57,269 nt of DNA, from contig RHPI01000777.1 of assembly GCA_009103225.1 (NCBI GenBank), positions 216,969 to 274,237 on the forward strand, in the 5' to 3' direction. A program made the position numbers and the translations under genes. How positions within the stretch are numbered: position 1 is the first letter of the stretch; each line of letters opens with the position of its first letter. Source of the stretch: Chlorokybus atmophyticus (Eukaryota; Plantae; Mesostigma and Chlorokybus algae). The notes under the pieces were generated by a model. It saw nothing but the letters and a program-made list of their open reading frames with translations. It had not been told where the DNA came from and did not search any database. Of this stretch, positions 47,876 to 57,269 are shown piece after piece.

Positions 47876-49396
47876 TCAAGGCGCTGTGCTTCTTCTAATG
47901 TTGTAACGATGCCTCACCTTTCCTTTTTTGGTCCTGTCAGCGTCCTTTGTTCCAACAACCTTCTTCTTTTTTTTTTTGTCACCCTGCACATCCTGGCAGG
48001 CGCTCTCCGTGGCACTGTCACTCAGAGGAGGTAAGGCGTTATCTTCTTGCTCCACAGCCTTGCGCTTGTTGGTTGCCTCCCGTTCCTCCACGACCTCATG
48101 TTGCTTCATGAGGTCGAGCATGAAGCCTTTGTCTTTCAGTGCAGCTTTCAGGACACCTCGATCAATCTCTTTACCAACAAGACAGGCTGGGATCAATGTG
48201 GCAAGCTTAGAGGGAAAGGGCGAGCTACAGCTGCTTCTTGATGGAGAGGCCTCCGGATGGTCAGAGTGCGGTGGCAAGTGAGTCTCCGCGGCAGGAAGGG
48301 AGGGTGCTGAATTGGGATTGCGAGCATGTGGCTGTGGTTGAGGGGAGGCAGGATGTGCAAAACACTCGGCTACTTCTTGCCTAGCACACGAAGGCGAGGC
48401 CTGAGGCGTTGGCGCAGCACTCTGGGTCACAGCCGGTGGTAGCGGGGAATTGGCAACGCCATTCCGCCACTCTCCGATCAGGTGTGTTACCTCCGGTGGC
48501 ACTTCATGCATAGGCCACGACCACTGTTCGGTGCTTGCAGGCTTGAGGAGCCAAAAGTGTGCTTTTGGCTCATCAGGAGCAGTGTTGCCCACCACCAGGA
48601 CTGAGTTGGAGGCTTCTTTATTTCCAACCAAAACTGCACTGCCGGGCCGTGGCACCCACTCCCCATGCTCGCGCTGAACGGTCACGCAGCCAATCAACCA
48701 GCTCAGCTTGTTGGCAAACATGGTCATCTGCAGGTGCTCGACGTACACATCTTTTCTCCGCACGATCTGTCGCACCTTCGCCATGGCTAGGTCAATGTTG
48801 CAGTTGATATCAGCCAACATGGTCGCAGGCAGTTTGTCGTAATACTGCGCCATCTCTCCCGCGGCATCAGTGGCTCTGCAGAATTCTAGGATTCTGCTCG
48901 CCACGCCTGCATCGACAGCCTTGGCGGTGATTTTGCGGAGAGTGTGCTCCCTGCCGTTGTCGTCCATGGTGTCCAGCATGGCCCAAAATCTGCTCGAGCT
49001 GGGGCACTTGTGATCATCTAGGACACTTTGCGCTATGGATGGCCTGGCGCGAAATACACAATGGTAGAAGCAATTACCATCCGTTGGCGCATTGAAGTGG
49101 TCCCATGAGGCGAGCTGGCCACCTAGCATGACTGATGGCCGTATGCGGGTTGCGGCCAGCTCCTCTGATGACTCGCTGGCAGGTGGTGACCCCTGCTGCA
49201 TGCGCATACAGCACTCACATGGTGTGTCCAACTGTGGACGGCAAGAGTCACAGTGACTGATAAAGTACCTGAGTTTGGGGCAGACTGCCGGCTTCAACTT
49301 GCAGCGGGTGGGGTAAGGTAGGTGCAGAAGCCACATCGGTTGTTGCATTGTGCTGTGGTCTCGCCGGTGGCGGCAAGAAGGATTGTTGCCCCGCAA
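47876..49396 (-). CDS. OTU-like protease domain ORF, copy 2
   Basis: 506-aa open frame; DGNCFYH and AHFWLL retained. Confidence 0.65.
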   Translation of the reverse strand: MRGNNPSCRHRRDHSTMQQPMWLLHLPYPTRCKLKPAVCPKLRYFISHCDSCRPQLDTPCECCMRMQQGSPPASESSEELAATRIRPSVMLGGQLASWDHFNAPTDGNCFYHCVFRARPSIAQSVLDDHKCPSSSRFWAMLDTMDDNGREHTLRKITAKAVDAGVASRILEFCRATDAAGEMAQYYDKLPATMLADINCNIDLAMAKVRQIVRRKDVYVEHLQMTMFANKLSWLIGCVTVQREHGEWVPRPGSAVLVGNKEASNSVLVVGNTAPDEPKAHFWLLKPASTEQWSWPMHEVPPEVTHLIGEWRNGVANSPLPPAVTQSAAPTPQASPSCARQEVAECFAHPASPQPQPHARNPNSAPSLPAAETHLPPHSDHPEASPSRSSCSSPFPSKLATLIPACLVGKEIDRGVLKAALKDKGFMLDLMKQHEVVEEREATNKRKAVEQEDNALPPLSDSATESACQDVQGDKKKKKKVVGTKDADRTKKGKVRHRYNIRRSTAP

Positions 49397-51254
49397 TCAC
49401 CGGTGCTGCTCGTGGAGGAGATGGCAGTGCACGAAGGACTGGTGCCGCGGAAGGTGGTTGCGCTCTGGCTGGGAGGGGAGCAGGAGCTGCAGGTGAGACC
49501 ACTTGTGCATGCAGCAAGGGGGGCTGTATACAGGACCCAGGATAAGATGGCTCACAATGTTGCAAAGGACGAATATAAGCTTATGCAGTGCCTGACGCAT
49601 TGTTACCAAGGCACGAGCATAAAAGACAGCGACTTACCTCAATGGCCCGTGGGCTGCATGGAGCAGGGGAAGCCATGGGGGCTGACAAGGTGGTATTGGT
49701 TGCACTCTCCCCGCCACCCTCGATGGCAGACTCGTCACGGAGCTGTTGAGCCATGGGCACATCATGCGCCACTGCCCCAATGGACATGCCGGGATTCAAC
49801 AGGCCAACATGCATGTTAAACTGATGCCGCATTGCCGCCGCGCCCATCAGCAAGTGGGATTGAAGGACCAGTTGATGGGATTGAATCCAGGCTTGCATAG
49901 GAGCTCCAACAGGACTTAGTGCACTGTGGTGCTGTCAACCAATCACATGTGGGTTAGCTGCATGCTTGCGACACTGCAATTGCAATAGTCAACTGCGTCA
50001 CACCGTCATCAGTTGGTTGCTTCGAACAGTCACCTGCGGCATTGCTGGTTGATGCACGAATGATTGCATGGACTGCGTCATTGCTGGTTGATGCACTATT
50101 GGTTGAATGCCGGACGAATGGCCACGCGCTCCTGTGCTCAAACCCAGCCTACTTCGTTCGGCACGCGCGCGCGACTTCGCACGCTCACGCACATCCTAGC
50201 ATGCAAAGGTAGGCATGCATTGGAGCCGACATTGCAGTCAACATGCACAGCGAGATTGGCAACAACATACCGCCGCCCAGCTCTGTCTATCTGCTCTTGC
50301 TTCCGCAATGTCGGCTTGACTGTAGGGTGGGTATGGGTGAATAGTGGAGGCCTGCAGCCACGCTACATATATCACATGGACTGCGCTAAAAAACAAATTG
50401 CTCTTGCAAGGAAATGCATGTGACTGTTGAGCGTACCTCTGCATTCCTTTGTGCTTGTTCCCACAGCCGCAATTGGTCCCGCATGGTTCTGACAAGGGGC
50501 TCCAAGGACTGCAGCTCCTGATCCACTCCTTGTTGCAGAAAGCGAGCCACCAAGCAGCTCTCTGTGTGAAGATGGTCTTTAATGGCTTGCCTGCTGGTTT
50601 GTCCAATGTTGGTGATGCATGTTGGACAGCCCCATTGCTGACGCCTGCCATGATCCATGACGTGGCGACCGGTAGTAGCTGGCTTCGCTGCTTGAACTCT
50701 TACGACCACAACTTCTCGCAAGATGTGCCCCGCCGCCGCCGCCGCCGCCGCCTCCTCCGACTCCTGGTCCTCCGCCTCCTAGTCGAACCCAGGCCCATCA
50801 AGCCTGACATTCGACCCGTCATCGACCTGGTGCCCCTGCGTGCCATCATCCGGCCATCAATGAAGCGTGTTTGGGTGAGTGCATGCTAACTCCCATTTGG
50901 GCTGATCGAGCAATGCCTCTGTCGTACCATGGATGGTACGACAGAGCCATTGTACGGCAATCGCTGGGGTTGGACGAGAGATGCCTCTGTCGTACCATAA
51001 ATGTTACGACACAACCATTGGTAACAATGGTTGTACGAAGCATGCATGGCACGAATGCATAAGTCGTACCATCAACCATAGGAGCAAGGACGCACTACAA
51101 GTGCGACTCTAGTGCGGGACTCTAGACGTTCAAAACCGCCTCATTTTCGTTTTCGCGCCTCATACATTCGGGCGGGCCAACCGGCGGCGGCAGCGTTGGA
51201 GGCGGCAGCGCCACTTACAGCTAAACAGGCGGCACCCGACTATCAGTTGGAGAG

Positions 51255-53089
51255 ATGCCTCGTGGTCCATCCGTAAGTGCACCTCGTCGTGGAGGTCGGC
51301 GCCAGTTGTCCACATTGCCCCCAGTGTTCAACCAGGCAACCGTCGCCAACCAATCGCAGCAAGACCCCGCGCTAACGCCCAGCACATCACAACAACTCCA
51401 CCTGACACCGCAGTCGCAAGGGCAAGCTAGACTGCATGCGTTCTTGATGCACTGTGCACGTTGCTTCTTGCTCAACTTCTAACTTGGATGCTTGCTTCTA
51501 TCATGACTAGCACAGTGACTCACTGCATGCGTTCTGGATACACTGTGCACGTTGTTCTTCTTTTGCCACTGTGAGGGTTGCATCTTTCATGGCTGGCAGC
51601 ATGACTCATGTGGTTGTGCTTGCAGAGGGTCGATTGGAACCCCCAACCCAAACGCATTTGGCCGTGACGTGGCAACCTCGGCCGTCAGCAACCCTTCCCC
51701 AAGCAAGTGGAAGATTGGCAACGAGGTAAGCACTGTGCGACACTGTGACACTGTGTGTATATGTGTAACGGATTGTTCTTCTGTGGACAGCATTTGTGAG
51801 ATGCCGTCGTTGAAATCATAAACGGCCACTAGGTAGAGAGCCACGTTTATCCCAAGGAGGACACTATTCGTAACGTCATGTGTCAGGTGCTGTGAATGCT
51901 TCATGACCGCACTGCACCGTGACACTTACCAACCTGCCCGTGACAGGTAGTTCGACCATGACGACGAGGCCGATGCGGCCAAGTTCTATGAGGTGTACTG
52001 AACTCCCAAGGAGTGCCCCTTCCACTAGAGTGTCGCCCTGAAGAAAGCTACGCAGGTCCGGTCTGAGAACGTCACCAAGATCAAGCATGTTCTTGAGAAG
52101 GAGTACAAGTGGACACTGTTTAACAGCAACAAGCGCAAGTGAGTTGGGTCCCTCACCACCATGTCTGCTATGCAACACTGCCTTCTTACTCAGCCTCCAT
52201 ACACGCGTACTCATCTCGCCTATTGTAACTGATTCAATCAGGCACATCGACGCCTTAATGGACCCCGAGACCCAAAAAGCCCAGATGCGCAACGCGCTCC
52301 AAAGTAAGTCACAGGCACTATTCTAGCCTGGTGCAGGCTCAACTTGAACTATCTATTTCGTGACTAATGCCTTGTCGGTATGACTGTCGCAGACAAGTCA
52401 TGGCGGAGATTTGAGGTGACCGACACTGCAGACCCGGAGCGGAGGAGATACATCCATGAATGGGGCAATCCCATAATCTGGCAAATGATTGTGCAATGCT
52501 GGTCTTACGCCGTCACTACACCTGGTCGCCGGCAGCTGACAGTCAACCACCTCGCATACCTGTTGCTTACGGTGAGCACTCAGAACTCCATCATTAGCAA
52601 TTCAGGAATGCTGTAGCCCCAAACTACAGGCTTGCAGACGCGTTGCAGTGAATAGTGGCTTTCGATGCCACTAAGACATGCCTGTAAACTACGCAGGTGG
52701 AGCGCATCCTAAAGGGCAAGGATGGAGACCCTCTCCTAGCTGCCAGCATNAGTGCCAGCATAGACACACATGAAGAGTACCTAAGCGAAATCAACACCAT
52801 GATCATGTCAATGAAGCGGGAGATGAGGCAACGGTACGCAGCCCTCCAGCCATTTACCCTTGTGAAACGCCGCACTGCATCTTGTGTCGAATACCTGAAA
52901 GATCCCAATCGGCGCCGGCCGCAAGAGACAGCAGCTCGTGACCCGCTCGCTGAGGCAGAAGCGGCATTTGATTGGCTGGCACAACCGTTTGAGGAGGAAG
53001 AGCAAGCTCCGGCGTCTCCTCCACAGGCCCCAGCGCGTGGTGCTTTGTTCCGTAATGACGAGACCAGCGATGATGGAGAGGAGCTGTAG
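51255..53089 (+). pseudogene. Seven-exon orphan gene, copy 2
   Basis: Same splice sites as 3761-5588. Trp codons TGG changed to TAG/TGA at about 51829, 51998 and 52025; CAA intact where copy 1 has TAA. Confidence 0.65.
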
Positions 53090-53487
53090 CGCAGTTGGTA
53101 GTCCGTTTAGCTGGTAGTGTACATAGCTACAAGGCTCTTGTGACTGAGTGTTGTGCATCTTAAACCAGCTCAGTCAATCGTCATTATGCTCATGCACATC
53201 AATACTTGCATCCCTATGATATACAACAGAACTGCATTCGAGTCACATAATCGAACTACAAGCCTTAGCAGGTGACTGACAGACACTGTACACATTCCAG
53301 GTACATGTACACAGCACACAGGCACATAGCAATGCTGGAAGTCAGTGACCGTCGCGTGTAGTCAAGCTATGCAAATACATATGACGACAGTTAGGCATTG
53401 GTCACCTTCAGTTGTTAAAGAATGCCTTATTTTGTCGATAATTACCTAGTTGGTGCTTGTGAATTAGGCTTAGTCGCCTGCGCTGGA

Positions 53488-53770
53488 CAGGTGTGTAACC
53501 TGCAGGTGCCTATAACATAGGCTGAGTCACCTAAGTAAGACTGATGTGTAACTTACAGGTGCCCGTTGATTAGTTGTAGTCACCTAATAAGGCCTGATGT
53601 GTAACTAACAGTTGCCTGTAAATTACACAAAGTCATTTGTTGAGGCCTGGTGTGTGACTAACAGGTGCCTGTTAATTATATAAAGTCACCTGTTAAGGCC
53701 TGATAGGTAACTATTGGGCGCCTGTTAGTTAGGCATAGTCAACTGTTAAAGACTAAATTGTAACAAAAAG
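53488..53770. repeat. 53-bp subterminal tandem repeat, copy 2
   Basis: Matches 5981-6260. Confidence 0.85.
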
Positions 53771-54021
53771 AGCCTTACATTAACGAAGTTTACTATTAGG
53801 TCCCTGTATCAAGATTACAGGTGGCCTGAGCCACGACAGTCTAAATTAGCGTCCTCAGGTGCACGGCCGTTGCCAATATTTAGTCGGCCGGCAGGGAAAA
53901 CATATTGCGACGAATGCTCGCCAGTTCTCTTGCACTGCTTGCCTTTGCAGTTCTTGTGCGAAGCTGCAACAATGTTGCATCTGTTAGCATGCTTGCTACG
54001 TTCAAGCATGTAAGTGAAGTT

Positions 54022-54865
54022 GGGCAGACTTGTAGCGCATGCTACCGCAGAGGAACGCATTCCAATCAATGCAATCCATTGTGCCCAACATACCCAGCCA
54101 GCTGTTTACCCCTCACTGGCTGCGTGCAACCAATGAGACAATAGTCTGTAACAAGATTGAACACCGTGGAGACTCTGTGTGTTCTTTCATACAGAGTTGC
54201 TATGCAATTGGCTAGCTCTGGGCATACATTTAATGCCGTAGAGACTCTGTGTGTTCTTTTATACAGAGTTGCTATGCAATTGGCTAGCTCTGGGCATACA
54301 TTTAATGCCGTAGAGGACTTACCTGCCGTATCGCACCCCTTGTGCGCCAGCCATCGCTGAGCACCTTGTGCGCACAAGCTCGTTGTGCGCACACGTTGAC
54401 CACAACCGCCGTATGGCCACACCACCCATGTGCCTGTCGCTTAGGCTATCGGCGGAGGCGGCGGCAAGCACCGGCGTGTGAACAGTGTTGTATCCCACCC
54501 ACTCTGATTCCCTCACACTGTATACACCGGTGTTTTCGCGATCATGATCTGACATGTATCGAGGTCGAACGCAAGCTGTTGCTAGATCCAACAGCTTGTT
54601 GTAGACGGCCTTGACACTTCCGCGTGTTGGTGAATTGGACGGTGCGGACACATTGTCTTGAGCACTGTACGATTTCACGGTACTTCACCAACTGGGTTGC
54701 AGCTGGGGCAGACTTGCAGCGCATGCTACCGCAGAGGAACGCATTCCAATCATTGCAATCCATTGTGCCCAACATACCCAGCCAGCTGTTTACCCCTCAT
54801 TGGCTGCGTGCAACCAATGAGACAATAGTCTGTAACAAGATTGAACACCGTGGAGACTCTGTGTG
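54022..54865. repeat. 160-bp direct repeats (54022-54181 and 54706-54865) enclosing a 72-bp tandem duplication (54166-54315)
   Basis: The direct repeats differ at about 3 positions; the 72-bp units start at 54166, 54238 and 54310. Confidence 0.85.
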
Positions 54866-55371
54866 ATCCTGGGATTACCAGAGGCATGCTGCTAACCTGC
54901 CTCCGGTAAATCTGTATCCGCTAAGAAAGCATCGGAATCCGCCGACCGCACAGTACAGCCCATGCTGCGATGTTGTAGCGCAATCCATTGCTAGACATGG
55001 ACCATCGATGTCGCCTACAGAACTCTCTACCTGTGCTGTACTCGATGCCGGCAGGTTGAGCACCAAACGTGACGATACATGTTTGATGCCGCCCCATGTT
55101 GAGCCAACGTTAAGCCACTGGTGTGTACGGTAGGCAAACCACGTACGGTAAGATTCTGCAGTGTGCTTTCTTGCTTTTCTTGCTTCCTCCCCCTGGGGCG
55201 CAAGGCCGGAGTTGGAGTGCGCAGCACAAACAATGGCTGACTAAGCTGCAACCCAACCTGGTGTGGCATGTTGCTGCTGAAGGAGTTGTAGTCGACTGAC
55301 CGGCTATACCATTGCACAGTGTATATAGCTTGCAAGCGGCGGCGGCATTGACGTTGTTGTAGCTCACCAGC

Positions 55372-57269
55372 ATGGCGTCTCGCGGGACGGCGGCGCCGCT
55401 TCTGGTGCTGGCGGTTGCCTGCCTCTGTCTCTGTGGAGCGCATGCCAGCACGAATGGCGGCAATGTGGCGGGCTTTCCCCAGTCGCTGGGTAGCGCAGCT
55501 GGGCAGCCCAGCACTGCTTCCGGCGCCTTGGCCCCACCTCTTAAGACGTACAAGCCACCTAGCAGCGACAAAGCTGTCCGCCAACTGGTGCCGTCCAAGG
55601 CAAGTGTTCGCTGTCCTTTTCTTGTTGTATGCTTACTGGTCAAGATGTGACCTGCCACCTGCTGACTGCTTTGTACGTCCTTTTTGTAGTGCAGTGGTGT
55701 GGTGTACACAGTGGAACTCAGTGCAACACAGACCGCTGTCGCGTGAACTCAACGGCAGCTTGCATGCACACCCTGCAAAATCTGACAATGACTGCTGCTT
55801 GCTGCAGGGGCTCGGCGTAGCGACTCAGTCCATTGATGGAGTGGAGTATGTCTTGATTGATGCCACCGCCAAGCCTGGCCAGGCGGAGGCTCTGGTGGAG
55901 CAGCTGAAGGCGCTGAACGCCGTGTCGGTGTCCGTTGCGGGCGACTATGTGAGCTTCCGGCTGCCGCTCAGCTTTGTGCAACAGCTCAGATTGCTGCCTG
56001 CACTGCGCTTCGCCACCAGGTCCGAGCGCGCAGCGATGGCCGCCCAAAGTCCAGTCGCAGGGTGACAAAGCCATGCGAGCCGATGCACTCAAAGCCATGG
56101 TCCCCGGCCTGACCGGCGCCGGAGTCAAAGTTGGTGTGCTGTCCGACTCGTACAATGTGAGTTGCCCAGCTCCCAAGTGTATTGTTGTTGCTGCTGTTGT
56201 TGTTGTTCAGTGAGTAGAGCACCAATTCACACTGTTTGCGGCTGCAGGCACTGGGAGGAGCAGCAAAGGATGTGGGTAAGTTGCAAAGTTTGTCTGGCAG
56301 TAGTAGTCTTTCCAGTCCTGGTTCCAGTCATGCATATGTATGCATACATGTGGTCGCCTTGATTTCTTCATCTTCTGGCTGTGCTCTGCTTCAAGCAGAG
56401 AACAGCGAGAAGATGAAGCTAGTAGCACATTACCTGGCTTGCTAAGTCTCTCCTGTCGTTGTACAGCAAGTGGAGACCTGCCCGCTGGTGTAGTTGTCCT
56501 GAAAGACATAACCAAAGGAACCGATGAGGGTAGAGCTATGTTACAGCTGGTAAGTTCGGTGATGCTGCACCTGTGGTGTCAGAGTGCACATAACAGGTGT
56601 AATCTGTTGCCTGGCAGGTGCATGACGTTGCCCCTGGCTCTCCGCTTTACTTCTACACTGCACACAACGGCCTAGCTGACTTTGCCAACGGTATCAAGGC
56701 GCTTGCTCAGAACGGGTGCAAAGTAATTGTTGACGATGTCTCTTACTTTGCTGAGCCATATTTCGAGGACGGCATTCTTGGTACGCAAATGCATGGTATT
56801 ACTATGACGTTGTAGAGTAGGCAATGCGGTGTTGTGTGCTGCCGGCACTGCTGCATGCGTGCAGTGACACATGCGCCTTGTGCAGCTCAAGCGGTTGATC
56901 AAGTAAAGGCAGCGGGTTCTGCATACTTCTCCTCTGCCCAAAACCAGGTAAGCTGCGGTTCCTTGCTGGAAGGTATGCATAAATCAGTCACTCACGAAGT
57001 GGCCACAATGCTGACGTTGGTTGTGTTCAGGCACGCGAAGCATGGGAGACAGGCAAGTGTTATTTTCACATGTTGGGGTTGTCGCACATGTGCTTGGAGA
57101 CTGCCCTCACGGTCATTTCGTTTACCCCTTGTGCGCAGTGAGCTGGAGAGAAGACTCGCACGGATACTACTTGTTTGCACCAGGATACAATCTCCAACCG
57201 TTTGCTGTTGCCGCCGGAACGTCAGCAACCATTGTGCTACAAGTATGTCTGCACACGCGCATGTGCATC
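55372..57269 (+). CDS. Second S8/S53-like serine peptidase gene, 5' part (runs off the window); one apparent +1 frameshift near 56045
   Basis: Signal peptide MASRGTAAPLLVLAVACLCLCGAHA; VKVGVLSDSYN; ASGDLPAGVVVLKD...DEGRAMLQL|VHDVAPGSPLYFYTA.NGLADFANGIKALAQNGCKVIVDDVSYFAEPYFEDG; AVDQVKAAGSAYFSSAQNQ. Same exon structure as 22352-24130. Confidence 0.8.

Larger units (their letters stand above)
47486..53914. mobile_element. Large dispersed repeat, copy 2; probably extends left through the Academ-like region
   Basis: Colinear with 1-6407 and has the same right end ...CATATTGCGACGAA. Confidence 0.75.

Noticed and set aside
52738-52765. Short duplication GCCAGCAT-N-AGTGCCAGCAT in copy 2 of the orphan gene
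   Set aside because: It is centred on a single N and absent from copy 1; most likely a contig-join artefact.
54319-54678. ORF with LLDLATACVRPRYM, faintly like a kinase C-lobe that could partner a WAK domain
   Set aside because: No other kinase motifs, wrong strand and position; similarity too short.
1-57269. tRNA, rRNA or other structured RNA genes
   Set aside because: None recognisable by eye; the only tRNA-related sequences are the two primer-binding sites.

Overview
Eukaryotic, intron-rich genomic DNA. The gene and transposon content (DNMT-carrying Ty3/gypsy, half-tRNA-primed copia, QALGGH-type zinc finger, WAK domain) suggests a green plant, probably a streptophyte alga; this is inference. 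Host genes: a JAGGED-like EAR + C2H2 zinc-finger gene (-), a BRAP2/BRIZ RING + ZnF-UBP ligase (+) and a multi-pass membrane class-3 lipase (-). There are also two diverged copies of a spliced, secreted S8/S53-like serine peptidase of bacterial type. The complete copy (22.3-27.2 kb, pseudogenised) continues into a WAK galacturonan-binding-like domain and a PDF1-like domain. About half of the window is mobile DNA. (i) A decayed Ty3/gypsy element (28589-44040) carries a C5 DNA methyltransferase between protease and RT and a PHD finger after integrase; its ends show an unusual A...B-A-B split-repeat layout inside a 4-bp GAAC duplication. (ii) A Ty1/copia element with a 5-bp TSD is nested in the gypsy gag. 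(iii) A large DNA-transposon-like unit is present twice (1-6407 and 47486-53914). It encodes an OTU protease domain and a divergent 7-exon orphan gene, and lies next to AcademX-type XPG-nuclease/Cys-finger remnants. All calls come from manual motif reading and hand splicing; no database search was run. Exon boundaries and percent identities are by-eye estimates.
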